A stretch of 64,000 nucleotides of DNA from an uncultured bacterium (GTDB taxonomy: Bacteria; Hydrothermota; Tepidihabitantia; SM23-42; CAYGYG01): contig CAYGYG010000001.1 of NCBI GenBank assembly GCA_964354155.1, positions 139,121 through 203,120 of the forward strand, in the 5' to 3' direction. The position numbers and the translations under genes were made by a program. This document shows, piece after piece, positions 29,575 to 39,140 of this stretch (positions are counted from its first letter, which is position 1; every line of letters begins with the position of its first letter). A model generated the notes under the pieces. The model was not told the DNA's origin. It saw only the letters and a program-made list of their open reading frames with translations, and ran no database searches.

Positions 29575-29862
29575 TCCTCTCCACTTCTTTCTAACACTAC
29601 TTTTGCATTTTATAAAGAAGATAAAATTTAGGCTGGTGGTCTCATATTCGCCCGATAGTGCTTAGTCTCAAGAAAGCAAAGGTTGTTAATATTAGCCCAG
29701 TAAGTCAGAGGGCGGTCGCCACTCTCAGCCAGCGACCCTTAGGTCGCAGAGTGGCTTAGCTAATGCTCGTGGCTCAGATGAGCCTCACGGCGCCTAAAAT
29801 CTATCTTTCTTTATTCTTACAAAAGTCGTGCAGTTCATACGTTGTAGGAAAAGTGGAGAGGA
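29575..29862. mobile_element. MITE-like element with nested inverted repeats
   Basis: tcctctccactt (29575-29586) and aagtggagagga (29851-29862) form a perfect 12-bp IR; inner imperfect IR ataaagaagataaaatttaggc / gcctaaaatctatctttctttat. Confidence 0.55.
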
Positions 29863-29907
29863 ATCAGGATTATCAGAGCGCAGGGGCGGCGCATCGCTCA
29901 AAAAGGA

Positions 29908-29935
29908 TTGACATTTGAATCACACAAGGTATAAT
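29908..29935 (+). promoter_or_regulatory. consensus sigma70 promoter TTGACA-N16-TATAAT
   Basis: Perfect hexamers 65 nt upstream of ATG 30001. Confidence 0.8.
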
Positions 29936-30000
29936 TCCTTTCGGAATCTGCCGAACCTTACGGGCATTTATGTTAACGGTCAGAGAAAGAGAGGTTAACG

Positions 30001-30717
30001 ATGAAGCGGTTCGCGACGCTTGCTGCCCTGGCGGTGCTGTCTTTTTCGAGTTCCCTTTCGATGCTCAACATTGAGACCGGCTATGAGGTGGAGACACCTT
30101 CGGCCGAATTGGACATCTGGCACCGTTATGCCGGTGACTTGACTGAAGACCCGAAGAACACGGTGTTTGGCCTGGGGCTTGGGGCCAATACAGCCTTGGG
30201 GATGAAGGTCTTTGTTATGAACTTCGGCATATCTGGTGCTTACGCGATTCGAGCGCACGAGACCAGGGTCGGCGCCGACTACTACTTTAGGACACCGTTT
30301 CTCAGTAACCGCCTGAACGTCGAATACTTCGGCTATCCGCAGGGGCCGGACCGAATTGACGGCATGTTTGCTGAAATCGTGATGCAGGCGGAACCGATCA
30401 GGGAGCGAGTCTACATGGCGGCTGACGTCGGCTACAACAATGAAACTGAGGACATTGGTTTAGGGTTTGGTCTTTCGGTCAAAGTCCTTGAAGATATCAT
30501 GTATTTCAAGAGCGTAAACGTCGTGGCGGAGTACTTTTCTTTGAAGAGCGCAGCCGAGAACTCGTTCGCCGGCGGTGTGGCTTTGAAGACGCACGGTCAT
30601 CAATTCATGGTTTGTGTCCAGAACTGTCAGGCGCCCTGGTCCCGGCATCTAATGTACGGGGCCAATGATCGCGCTCTGCGGCTTGGATTCAACATCAAGC
30701 GTACAATCAGGATTTAG
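30001..30717 (+). CDS. Small outer-membrane beta-barrel (DUF5777-like)
   Basis: Signal peptide; WHRYAG, ALKTHGHQFMVCVQN, LRLGFNIKR. Confidence 0.6.
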   Translation: MKRFATLAALAVLSFSSSLSMLNIETGYEVETPSAELDIWHRYAGDLTEDPKNTVFGLGLGANTALGMKVFVMNFGISGAYAIRAHETRVGADYYFRTPFLSNRLNVEYFGYPQGPDRIDGMFAEIVMQAEPIRERVYMAADVGYNNETEDIGLGFGLSVKVLEDIMYFKSVNVVAEYFSLKSAAENSFAGGVALKTHGHQFMVCVQNCQAPWSRHLMYGANDRALRLGFNIKRTIRI

Positions 30718-30728
30718 CTCTGAGAACA

Positions 30729-30920
30729 ATGGAAATCTATCGTCTTATAAAACCATTTGGTATCTTGACGTATGCCTTGGTTCTGTTTGCCGTGATAAGC
30801 GGTCTGTTTCTACGCAAGCTGGGGCTCAGGCTGCAGCACCACAAGATCATCGCGCTGGTCGCGCTCATCCTGGCGACGCTGCACGGCATTTTGGTGCTGA
30901 TTGTTCTGTTGGGAACGTAG
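30729..30920 (+). CDS. Small 2-TM membrane protein with His residues
   Basis: 63 aa; GILTYALVLFAVISGL...HHKIIA...ATLHG; same strand as its neighbours. Confidence 0.6.
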   Translation: MEIYRLIKPFGILTYALVLFAVISGLFLRKLGLRLQHHKIIALVALILATLHGILVLIVLLGT

Positions 30921-30971
30921 TGCCGGCTCTTTTCAGACCGGGCCTGCGGAGCTTCGCATTCGGAGCGTGAA

Positions 30972-31931
30972 ATGAAGAAAATCAGGAAAGTCCATATCGC
31001 CAGTCTACCGACGCCAATTGAGGTGATGCGCGACTTCCCGCATCCGGCCACGATTTTCGTGAAGCGGGATGACCTTACCGGGCTGCTGACCAGCGGCAAC
31101 AAGGTGCGCAAGCTCGAATACTCGCTGGCCGACGCCCTAAGCTACAAAGCCGACACGGTCATTACGTGCGGGGGCATCCAATCGAATCACTGCCGGGCGA
31201 CGGTCGCCTGTTGCCGCATACTGGGATTGAACCCGGTTATCGTTCTGCGGGGCGAACCGGTGCAACCCTATGACGGCAACCTCCTGCTCAATCAGCTGCT
31301 GGGGTGTGAAATCAGGTACATCACGCGGCGGGAGTACGATCATGTTGACGATTTGATGGAATCAATGGCCGCGGAGCTCATGCGGCAGGGCAAGCATCCT
31401 TACATAATTCCCGAAGGTGCTTCGAACGAAGTCGGTCTTCTCGGCTACATCGAGTGCATGGCTGAGATGAAAGAGTTCATCAAGCGGGAGCGGATCGAGG
31501 CGGTGTATGTCGCCGTAGGATCAGGCGGCACTTATGCGGGCCTGCTGTTGGGCAGAGTCATCCACAAGGTTGATGTTGATGTGTTCGGTGTCATCATCTG
31601 TGATACCGTCGAATTTTTCACCGAGAAGGTGTGCCGCATCGCTCAAGTCGCAGTTGACCGGTACGGCCTGGGCGCGGGAATTGATAAAGACGATGTCACG
31701 CTGGTTGACGGCTACATCGGCAAGGGTTACGGGATTCCTTATCGCGCCGAGATTGAGACGATCAAGAAGGTCGCGAAATTCGGCATCATTCTTGACGTGG
31801 TTTACACGGGCAAGGCTTTCCACGGTATGCTGAATCACGCCAAGGCCTACAAGAAGGTTCTATTCATTCATACCGGGGGCATATTCAGCCTGTTCCCGTA
31901 CCGGGAGGAATTCTATGGCCATCGGTCCTAA
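30972..31931 (+). CDS. D-cysteine desulfhydrase / ACC deaminase family PLP enzyme
   Basis: PTPI, VKRDDLTG..SGNKVRKLEY, GGIQSNHCR, GSGGTYAGL, LDVVYTGKAF, IHTGG. Confidence 0.92.
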   Translation: MKKIRKVHIASLPTPIEVMRDFPHPATIFVKRDDLTGLLTSGNKVRKLEYSLADALSYKADTVITCGGIQSNHCRATVACCRILGLNPVIVLRGEPVQPYDGNLLLNQLLGCEIRYITRREYDHVDDLMESMAAELMRQGKHPYIIPEGASNEVGLLGYIECMAEMKEFIKRERIEAVYVAVGSGGTYAGLLLGRVIHKVDVDVFGVIICDTVEFFTEKVCRIAQVAVDRYGLGAGIDKDDVTLVDGYIGKGYGIPYRAEIETIKKVAKFGIILDVVYTGKAFHGMLNHAKAYKKVLFIHTGGIFSLFPYREEFYGHRS

Positions 31932-34560
31932 CACAAGTCGTTTCGGCATGCTGATGGCATCGATCGCGGCGCTCTCACTGGCCGCGCCGATCACGTTCGA
32001 CCCGGCGCAGACCCAGCCCTCGCGCTGGGTCGATCCCTACGGCCGGCAGCCGCAGTCTCATGCGCAGTGGGCAGCCGGGGTCGGGAGGGACGCCCTTGCG
32101 TACCTGGTCATTGGTGAGGCGGTCGGGACCGGTAAAGGGGCGAATCAGAATGTCGTCGATATCGTCGTCAATAGCCAGGTGTATCCTGACGTGGTATCGG
32201 AACTGGCCCAGTTCCGCACCGATCTTGTTGCCGCCGGATACGAGGTCCGCATTGATACGATACGCGGCATGTCGGCGCCGGCGCTGCGAACCCATCTGGC
32301 CGGCCTGGCCGGTTTGGTCGGCGCATTGTTTGTCGGCGAGTGTCCGGTCGAATGGTATGAAATCAATGGCTGGGGTGCGTGGGAAGAGTTTCCGATCGAT
32401 CTTTACTTTACGGACCTGAACGGGACCTGGGCCGATACCGACCTTGATGGTATTCTTGACTCGCACACCGGCAATGTCGCGCCCGAGATCTGGTTGGGCC
32501 GCCTCTATGCCCGCACCCTGACCTGGGATAGTGAGACGCGGCTCTACAAGAGGTACTTTCAGAAGAATCATCTGTATCGTACACACCAACTGACGTTACC
32601 GCAACGGGCCCTATCTTATGTTGACGATGACTGGTACGGTTGGGGTTCATGCTCGGTCAACCTGGTGTACCCAATAACCACCACGATTGAAGACATGGCG
32701 CTGACGACCGCCCAGGGTTATCGTCAGCAGCTTCAACAGGGTTACGAGTGGATTCACCTCTGCTCGCATTCTTCGCCCTGGGGTCACACCTTCAAGTACC
32801 CCGACGTCACAATTCAGTATAAAGGAACGGTCTTCAACTACGAACTCTTCGTGCTTGAGCCCAAGGCTCATTTCTACAATCTCTTTGCCTGTTCCGGAAC
32901 CAGATTCGTCGAAGAGAATTATTCAGCAGGCTGGTACGTATTCCACGATTCGTGCGGTCTCCTTGCCTTAGGCAGTGCAAAAACCGGGGGTATGCTGACC
33001 TTTCAGGATTTCTACACCCCCTTGAGTCAGGGACTGTCAATCGGCAATGCCTTCAAGGCTTGGTTTGTCAGAAACGGCGAGTCGAGCCGTGCCTGGTTCT
33101 ACGGACTGAATCTCTTGGGCGACCCAACTTTGAAGCCAAAGGAACAGGGCGGCGACTATGTTGCTCCACCGCCCCAGCAGTTCCACGGGGCTTTCGCCGA
33201 AGTCGTGGCGCCTGATTCTGAGAGCGACGGGATGCCGGCCATAGCAAGTGAGCCGTCCGGCCGCATCTGGGCGGTGTGGGAAACCGGCCGGTCGATTACG
33301 AACGGCCGCTGTGACATCTTCTCAGCCTACCGGACAACGGCTTGGTCAAGCGGTATGCCGGTTGGTTCCTTCATCTATTGGGACTACAATCCAACGGTCG
33401 GGCTGGACAGTCTTGACCGGCCGCTCGCGGTCTGGGCCGGCTGGGAGAATATTGGCGGCAACTACCAATATGACCTGTTCTGGAGTTACTACACCGGGTC
33501 AGCGTGGTCGAACCGGGCGCTGGTCCATCCGCTCGACCCGACATCGGATATGAAGCCATCACTGGCACGTGACCGGAACAAGCGCCCCTGGATTGCCTGG
33601 CAGACCAAACGCGACGTCAATTCCAATATCTATGTCACATACTACTCGGGGTCGGGCTGGAGCACACCGCGCGCCGTGAGCAACAATCCGGCCGAAGAGG
33701 TCGGGCCAAAGATCATCTGCGACAATACGGGTCGGCTCTGGGTGTCTTACAGCCGGCGTAGCGCAGACCGATCCCAGATATGGGGAAGCTATTACGACGG
33801 CGTGAACTGGATTGAGACCGGTCCGGTTTCGCAGAATCAGGAGCGGGCATACAATCCATCGGCTGCCGTCACCGGCACCGGAAAGGTCTGGGTGACCTGG
33901 CAGTCTTATGATGGCGGCAATGGTGAGATCTTCGGCAGCTACTACACCGGCACCGGCTGGTCAGCCCCGATCAACATCTCCAACCATGTGCTCAACGATA
34001 TGAGTCCGAGTATGGCGGCGGATGGTAATGGCCATGCCTGGGTTGTCTGGCACACTAACCGCGACGGCAATTGGAACATCTACTATGCTACCTGTCAAGA
34101 CCAGAGCTGGACTGCGCCTCAGGTGCTCGATGCTAATCCGGGGGTCGACATGAACCCTGCGATCGCTTCGGCACCGTCGAACAAAATGTGGGTTATCTGG
34201 CAGAACTATTCGGCAAACAACTGGGAAATCTATGCTCTGCAAAAGGATGCGGTAGAAATAGAAGAGAAAGAAGCAAGAGATAAGATGCTGGAAGCAAGAT
34301 TCACGATTTGGCCGAATCCTGCAAGGAGCGACGTTAGATGTCAGATTTCCGGTGTCAGTATGAAGAATACAAAAATCAAAGTCTATAATATCGCCGGAAA
34401 GATGGTTAAAGAAATGCCATTATCAGTTGGGGGTGGCAGTGCAGGAGCCCACTCATATCAATTCGTTCTGAATCTCTCAGATTTGGCTGCAGGAACCTAT
34501 TTTATTGGGTTGGAGAGCGGTGCGGGAAATGAAGTCCAAAAACTATCCATAGTCAAGTAA
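31915..34560 (+). CDS. C25-related peptidase domain, beta-propeller repeats and sorting C-terminal domain
   Basis: FPIDLYFTDLNG, PEIWLGRL, SHS...FACS, LLGDPTL; P.IA...G..W.VW repeats; IWPNPA...LAAGTYFI...QKLSIVK. Start may be 31948. Confidence 0.75.
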   Translation: MAIGPNTSRFGMLMASIAALSLAAPITFDPAQTQPSRWVDPYGRQPQSHAQWAAGVGRDALAYLVIGEAVGTGKGANQNVVDIVVNSQVYPDVVSELAQFRTDLVAAGYEVRIDTIRGMSAPALRTHLAGLAGLVGALFVGECPVEWYEINGWGAWEEFPIDLYFTDLNGTWADTDLDGILDSHTGNVAPEIWLGRLYARTLTWDSETRLYKRYFQKNHLYRTHQLTLPQRALSYVDDDWYGWGSCSVNLVYPITTTIEDMALTTAQGYRQQLQQGYEWIHLCSHSSPWGHTFKYPDVTIQYKGTVFNYELFVLEPKAHFYNLFACSGTRFVEENYSAGWYVFHDSCGLLALGSAKTGGMLTFQDFYTPLSQGLSIGNAFKAWFVRNGESSRAWFYGLNLLGDPTLKPKEQGGDYVAPPPQQFHGAFAEVVAPDSESDGMPAIASEPSGRIWAVWETGRSITNGRCDIFSAYRTTAWSSGMPVGSFIYWDYNPTVGLDSLDRPLAVWAGWENIGGNYQYDLFWSYYTGSAWSNRALVHPLDPTSDMKPSLARDRNKRPWIAWQTKRDVNSNIYVTYYSGSGWSTPRAVSNNPAEEVGPKIICDNTGRLWVSYSRRSADRSQIWGSYYDGVNWIETGPVSQNQERAYNPSAAVTGTGKVWVTWQSYDGGNGEIFGSYYTGTGWSAPINISNHVLNDMSPSMAADGNGHAWVVWHTNRDGNWNIYYATCQDQSWTAPQVLDANPGVDMNPAIASAPSNKMWVIWQNYSANNWEIYALQKDAVEIEEKEARDKMLEARFTIWPNPARSDVRCQISGVSMKNTKIKVYNIAGKMVKEMPLSVGGGSAGAHSYQFVLNLSDLAAGTYFIGLESGAGNEVQKLSIVK

Positions 34561-34885
34561 GTCACAGAGATTTCTAACTGGTCATGAATCGTTAATCATG
34601 TCGATGCAATAATTGAGATTACCGGGCTGCAAAGCTTTAGATAGTGAGTTTTTCCGATCGGCTATCAAAGATGCGATTTCTTCACACCTCCGCATATCAA
34701 GACCATCATTTAGACAATTAACTAAATGACAAAATGAGGAATATCCGACAAATAGCCGCAACGCAGAAGCCGGTTGTGCGACATTTTGCCGAGGTTTGTG
34801 ATAGAGACTTGAGAGCAGGTGGAGATCACGAGTTACAGGGGCTCGGCATGCTCTATCCTCATTTTTTCTCTGTTACGCCACAGCT

Positions 34886-35126
34886 AAAATGTCCCCATAA
34901 CTGCATAGCGATATGTCCCCTTCTTATGTTACTTGAATACATTTATTAGCGTAACCCACCGTAATTATTGTTAAGAGCCTACCCCCTTCAGTCATTGCGA
35001 GCGAACGCAGTGAGCGTGGCAATCCCCTTTTTTTCTTGAACAAATGAGATTGCTTCGTCCCTATCGGGACTCGCAATGACATATCGTGAGGGGACATCCT
35101 CCCTGTGGAATTAAAGGGGACATTTT
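34886..35126. repeat. Composite palindromic element: atgtcccc/ggggacat pairs enclosing a REP-like doublet
   Basis: aaaatgtcccc (34886) pairs with ggggacatttt (ending 35126); inner gtcattgcgag...ggcaatc and gattgcttcg...ctcgcaatgac (34991-35081). Confidence 0.65.
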
Positions 35127-35234
35127 CTCTGTGCGCCGACACTATCGTCATTTTTCTCTTGACTTTTTTTAAGAATATAGATATAATGCTGAACATCGGG
35201 TAAAATTTTCATTTTTTATCTTAGAGGAGGTAAG

Positions 35235-36974
35235 ATGAAAATGATATTTGTTCTTGCGATTTTGTATTTCACTCGTGTCTATGCTGTTGATTCGAGGGTT
35301 ACACCGATGGACAAAGCTTATGGACCGCCTGATCTGCACGCACGACGAAATAGTAGTTATGTTGCTGCACGTTCAAGAACGCCGATTATTATTGATGGAT
35401 GTAATGATAGGAGCTCTACATTGGGCGCAGCTGGGAAGAATATCTGTGCGGATACAACCGGAAGAAACATTGCGGTCCAGTATGGTGGTACTACACTGGA
35501 TACCACCAACTTCCAATCGAATAAATTTGCCTACTCGACCAACCAAGGAGCGACCTGGACAAGATTTGGACCTATCTCGGTAAGTCGGCCCTATTTCCGA
35601 AGACTATACGGCGGTTGCGATGCGCGTCCTGACTACTGGACTGATAACGAGATTATTTACACATGCTGGCATGAGGGTTATCGACGCGCTGGTGGCACAA
35701 ACGTGGATTCAAGCCCTGCAGCCTGTTGTCGCGACGATGGTACTTTCCCAACCGGCATGTGGAATAGGGCTCGTATGCCCCATACCGGCGACCCAGAACA
35801 TAATATCTGGATGACTTGCATTGCAGTAGCGCCTGATAACCGATCGATCATATATGAAACTGGTGGTGATTACGATTTCGGAGCGGGTGGGCTAAAAGAC
35901 CTGTTTTTGTGGGAATCGACCAACGCTGGTTGGAATTGGTCACAGCCACGACTGGTTATTCCCGGCTCAGCGACGATCGGTAGACACGATGGGATGCACA
36001 TCCGGTCAGGAACCGGTGGCTATTTATTTGCCTATTTCCAAAGAGATACTGTGGTCGGTGGTGAAACCCTGTGTTGGCCATACTACATTGAATCCACTGA
36101 TTTTGGAAATACCTGGATTCCGACCGCGGGCCGAGCCCTGATCACGACCATCCCTTATCCACAATACTCTCTCTCGTGGTACAACTATGACTGCGAAGTC
36201 GTAAACAACATACCCTATGTTGTCCTGACCCCAGGCGTGCCTGGTAATCACCGTAACCGGGTTGAGTTCTGGAAGGCGAGCGGCACTCCGGGTAACCGGA
36301 CCTGGACCATGATCCTGTTGGGCGGCACCAATCCGCCGGGAACAGATACGATTATGCGCGATGTTTCAATCACAAGCGGAAAGGCCTTTTTAAGGTTTGC
36401 GGATGTTATCATTGTCACATCTTTGGCCAGTAATGCTGTGGGAGTTGATCCGAGACTGTGGGTTTCGTCGAACCTGGGAACTGACTGGTCATATCGGGGC
36501 AATCCGGTGAATAACTCGTTGATTGAAGCATCCCTCGAAGTAGCACACACTCCGGGAAGAGGAACAAACCCCGATACTGACATTCGGCTCCATATGATCT
36601 GTAATGATGCAGGCGATTATCCTGTTTGCGGCTATGTTTATTATGAAGGATGTAATGTTCCTATTCTCGGGATCGAAGAAGAATTGAATAAAAACCTCAA
36701 CGCCTTCAATCTGCGGGTTGAACCGAATCCTTTCAGCCAGCGTACAAGCATAAACTACTACCTGCCCAAACCTGACCAGGTGAAGGTAAGAGTTTACAAT
36801 TCCCTTGGTGTTCAAATTGCTACGCTGTGCGATGGAGATCAGTTGAGTGGCACAAGAATGCTTGTCTGGCAAGGCACTGATGACAAGGGCAAGTCGCTAC
36901 CAGGAGGAGCGTATTTTGTGCAATTCAGAAGCTCGAGTGAAGAAAGGTGTGAGAAAGTAGTTCTCTTAAGGTAA
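35235..36974 (+). CDS. Secreted Asp-box (BNR) propeller protein with sorting tail, array member 1
   Basis: Signal peptide; YSTNQGATW, ESTNAGWNW, ESTDFGNTW, SSNLGTDW; EPNPF...WQGTDDKG...GAYFV...KVVLLR. Confidence 0.85.
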   Translation: MKMIFVLAILYFTRVYAVDSRVTPMDKAYGPPDLHARRNSSYVAARSRTPIIIDGCNDRSSTLGAAGKNICADTTGRNIAVQYGGTTLDTTNFQSNKFAYSTNQGATWTRFGPISVSRPYFRRLYGGCDARPDYWTDNEIIYTCWHEGYRRAGGTNVDSSPAACCRDDGTFPTGMWNRARMPHTGDPEHNIWMTCIAVAPDNRSIIYETGGDYDFGAGGLKDLFLWESTNAGWNWSQPRLVIPGSATIGRHDGMHIRSGTGGYLFAYFQRDTVVGGETLCWPYYIESTDFGNTWIPTAGRALITTIPYPQYSLSWYNYDCEVVNNIPYVVLTPGVPGNHRNRVEFWKASGTPGNRTWTMILLGGTNPPGTDTIMRDVSITSGKAFLRFADVIIVTSLASNAVGVDPRLWVSSNLGTDWSYRGNPVNNSLIEASLEVAHTPGRGTNPDTDIRLHMICNDAGDYPVCGYVYYEGCNVPILGIEEELNKNLNAFNLRVEPNPFSQRTSINYYLPKPDQVKVRVYNSLGVQIATLCDGDQLSGTRMLVWQGTDDKGKSLPGGAYFVQFRSSSEERCEKVVLLR

Positions 36975-36983
36975 GGAGGGTAA

Positions 36984-37228
36984 ATGAAAACATTCATAGT
37001 CTTGATGTGCACATTATGCTCAACAGGTTGGCGATTGATACGCGAGTCACTCCGCGGGACCCAGGGTACGGGCCGCAGTATTATCGATCGAGTGGACCGC
37101 CGAGTCCGACCGCAGTGAGGATCGATGGAATACCAGACATACCATACGCACCAACCTATACCAATCGGGGTCATACCAATCCCAATGACCCCATGACCCC
37201 AAGTGCACCCGTAACAAGGATTTCTTAG
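36984..37228 (+). pseudogene. Frameshifted, truncated relic of an array member
   Basis: AAGGAGG then ATG 36984 gives MKTFIVLMCTLCSTG; another frame gives AIDTRVTPRDPGYGP...AVRIDG, matching the paralog N-termini; similarity stops near 37140. Confidence 0.8.
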
Positions 37229-37341
37229 GGCGAAAACCATCGGTTCCATATCGTCCGTTATTATTAAGGTTATGTGATTCGACGTTAATTCCGCAACGTT
37301 TCCGCAACGTTTCTTCAGTACAATATACTCAAGGAGCAGAG

Positions 37342-38997
37342 ATGAAAAAGTTATGGTTCACACTCATCATTCTTTGCACGTTTGGGTCGGCAATCGAAAC
37401 CACCGTCACGCCTCGTGACCCGCAGTATGGTCCATCAAGCCCGGCCAAGGGCCGACCACCCGGCCGGCTTGGCGTCAGGATTGATGCCGGTCCGGACTTA
37501 AGGTGCATTACCGGTGCTGCCGGCAAGAACATCTGCGCCGATACGACCGGTCTCAACGTTGCGGTCATCTACGGCTTCACCTCGGGTAATCCGGACAATA
37601 TCATGCAGACAAAGATTGGCTACTCGACGAACCGGGGCGTGACCTGGCGGCTATTGGGGCCGTTTTCAATCCACTGGCACCAGTATCGCCGGTGCTACTC
37701 CGGGATTGACGCCCGGGCAGGGTACTGGCCGAACAGCGAGAACGTCTACGGCACCTGGCACGAAGCGTATTTCCGGGGCGGTGCCTATATTGACACAAGT
37801 CCAGTGGCCGCAGCGTTCTGGCTATTCCCCAGCGGATCCATGGAAGTCAGGCACATGCCGCAGTCTATGGAAGGCAACTTCTGGCTCCCGTGCATTGCGG
37901 TCCGGCCCGACAACCCGGATTTCGTCTATGTCACGGCGGGTAACTACGACTTCGGTATTGGCGGTGTGGAGAGCATTGTTGGTTGGTTGTCCACCGACGG
38001 TGGCGATACATGGTCAGAGCCGATACATATCGTTGGCCGGGCATCCGACGCACCGCACATTCGTTTCGGCAGCGGTGGTTATCTGTTCGCCTATTTCCAG
38101 CGCGATACGGTAGTCGGCCCGGATACTTTGTTGTGGCCTTATTACATCGAGTCGACCGACAACGGATTGACCTGGATACCGCCCACTGGGAAGTGCCTCT
38201 TCACTTCGGCCCCTTACCGTCAGTGGTCGGGCTGGTGGTACAATTACGATTGTGAGGTTGTCAACAATGTTCCCTATGTGGTCATCTCGCCCGGGGTGCC
38301 GGGTCAACACCGGGACCGGACCGAATTCTGGAAAGCAAGCGGTCCGGTTGGTAATCGGACCTGGACAATGACGCTTTTGGGCGGGTCTAGTCCACCGGGC
38401 CAGGATTCGATCGTGCGCGAGGTTTCGATTGTGACCGGCAAGGACTATGCACGATTTGCCGAGAACATTGCGGTCATATCCAAGATCGGCACGGCAAGCG
38501 GCACCAGCCCGCGGTGCTGGGTGTCCAATGACTTGGGGTCAACCTGGCGCTACCTGGGCAACCTGAATATTCCGCTGGCGGCGGCGGACAATCCGCTCGA
38601 GTGTGCGCATGTGCCGGGCCGGGGCACCAATCCGGTGACCGATGTCTGGCTCCATTTTGTCTACTGGTCGGGGAATAGCGTCTACTATGATGGCAAAAAC
38701 ATCACGTGGGCAGAACTTGGCAGGGTAAGCGGCACCGACGGATCATCCGTCACGCGACCAATCACAATCTATCCCAATCCTGCCCGCAAGGGAATATGGT
38801 TGACGAAGCGCGATGACGACCGGCTGAAATATTTGGTCAGAATCTACGACGTCGCCGGGAAACTCGTTATGACGGCGGCAATAGATCAGGACCGAAGCGG
38901 GTGGGTCAATCTCGCCGCGCTGACTCCAGGGACGTACTTCGTCGAGGTGACGAGCCGGACATCATGGTTGGTTGAAAAGCTGATCATTGCAAGATGA
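37342..38997 (+). CDS. Secreted Asp-box propeller protein with sorting tail, array member 2
   Basis: GKNICADTT, STDGGDTW, WYNYDCEVVNNVPY, IYPNPA...GTYFV...KLIIAR. Confidence 0.85.
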   Translation: MKKLWFTLIILCTFGSAIETTVTPRDPQYGPSSPAKGRPPGRLGVRIDAGPDLRCITGAAGKNICADTTGLNVAVIYGFTSGNPDNIMQTKIGYSTNRGVTWRLLGPFSIHWHQYRRCYSGIDARAGYWPNSENVYGTWHEAYFRGGAYIDTSPVAAAFWLFPSGSMEVRHMPQSMEGNFWLPCIAVRPDNPDFVYVTAGNYDFGIGGVESIVGWLSTDGGDTWSEPIHIVGRASDAPHIRFGSGGYLFAYFQRDTVVGPDTLLWPYYIESTDNGLTWIPPTGKCLFTSAPYRQWSGWWYNYDCEVVNNVPYVVISPGVPGQHRDRTEFWKASGPVGNRTWTMTLLGGSSPPGQDSIVREVSIVTGKDYARFAENIAVISKIGTASGTSPRCWVSNDLGSTWRYLGNLNIPLAAADNPLECAHVPGRGTNPVTDVWLHFVYWSGNSVYYDGKNITWAELGRVSGTDGSSVTRPITIYPNPARKGIWLTKRDDDRLKYLVRIYDVAGKLVMTAAIDQDRSGWVNLAALTPGTYFVEVTSRTSWLVEKLIIAR

Positions 38998-39055
38998 TGC
39001 AGCACAGGAGATGGGGAAACCGAAATCGAAGCGGCCTTGGGGATTGAGAAATCAC

Positions 39056-39083
39056 TTGACTTTTTCCGGCGGACTTGTATAAT
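39056..39083 (+). promoter_or_regulatory. sigma70-type promoter TTGACT-N16-TATAAT
   Basis: Upstream of the AAGGAGG RBS and TTG 39141. Confidence 0.7.
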
Positions 39084-39140
39084 CTTGGCATCCGAGGGTT
39101 GGCGCTCGGGTGTTGATCTGAATATGGGTAAGGAGGCGAA

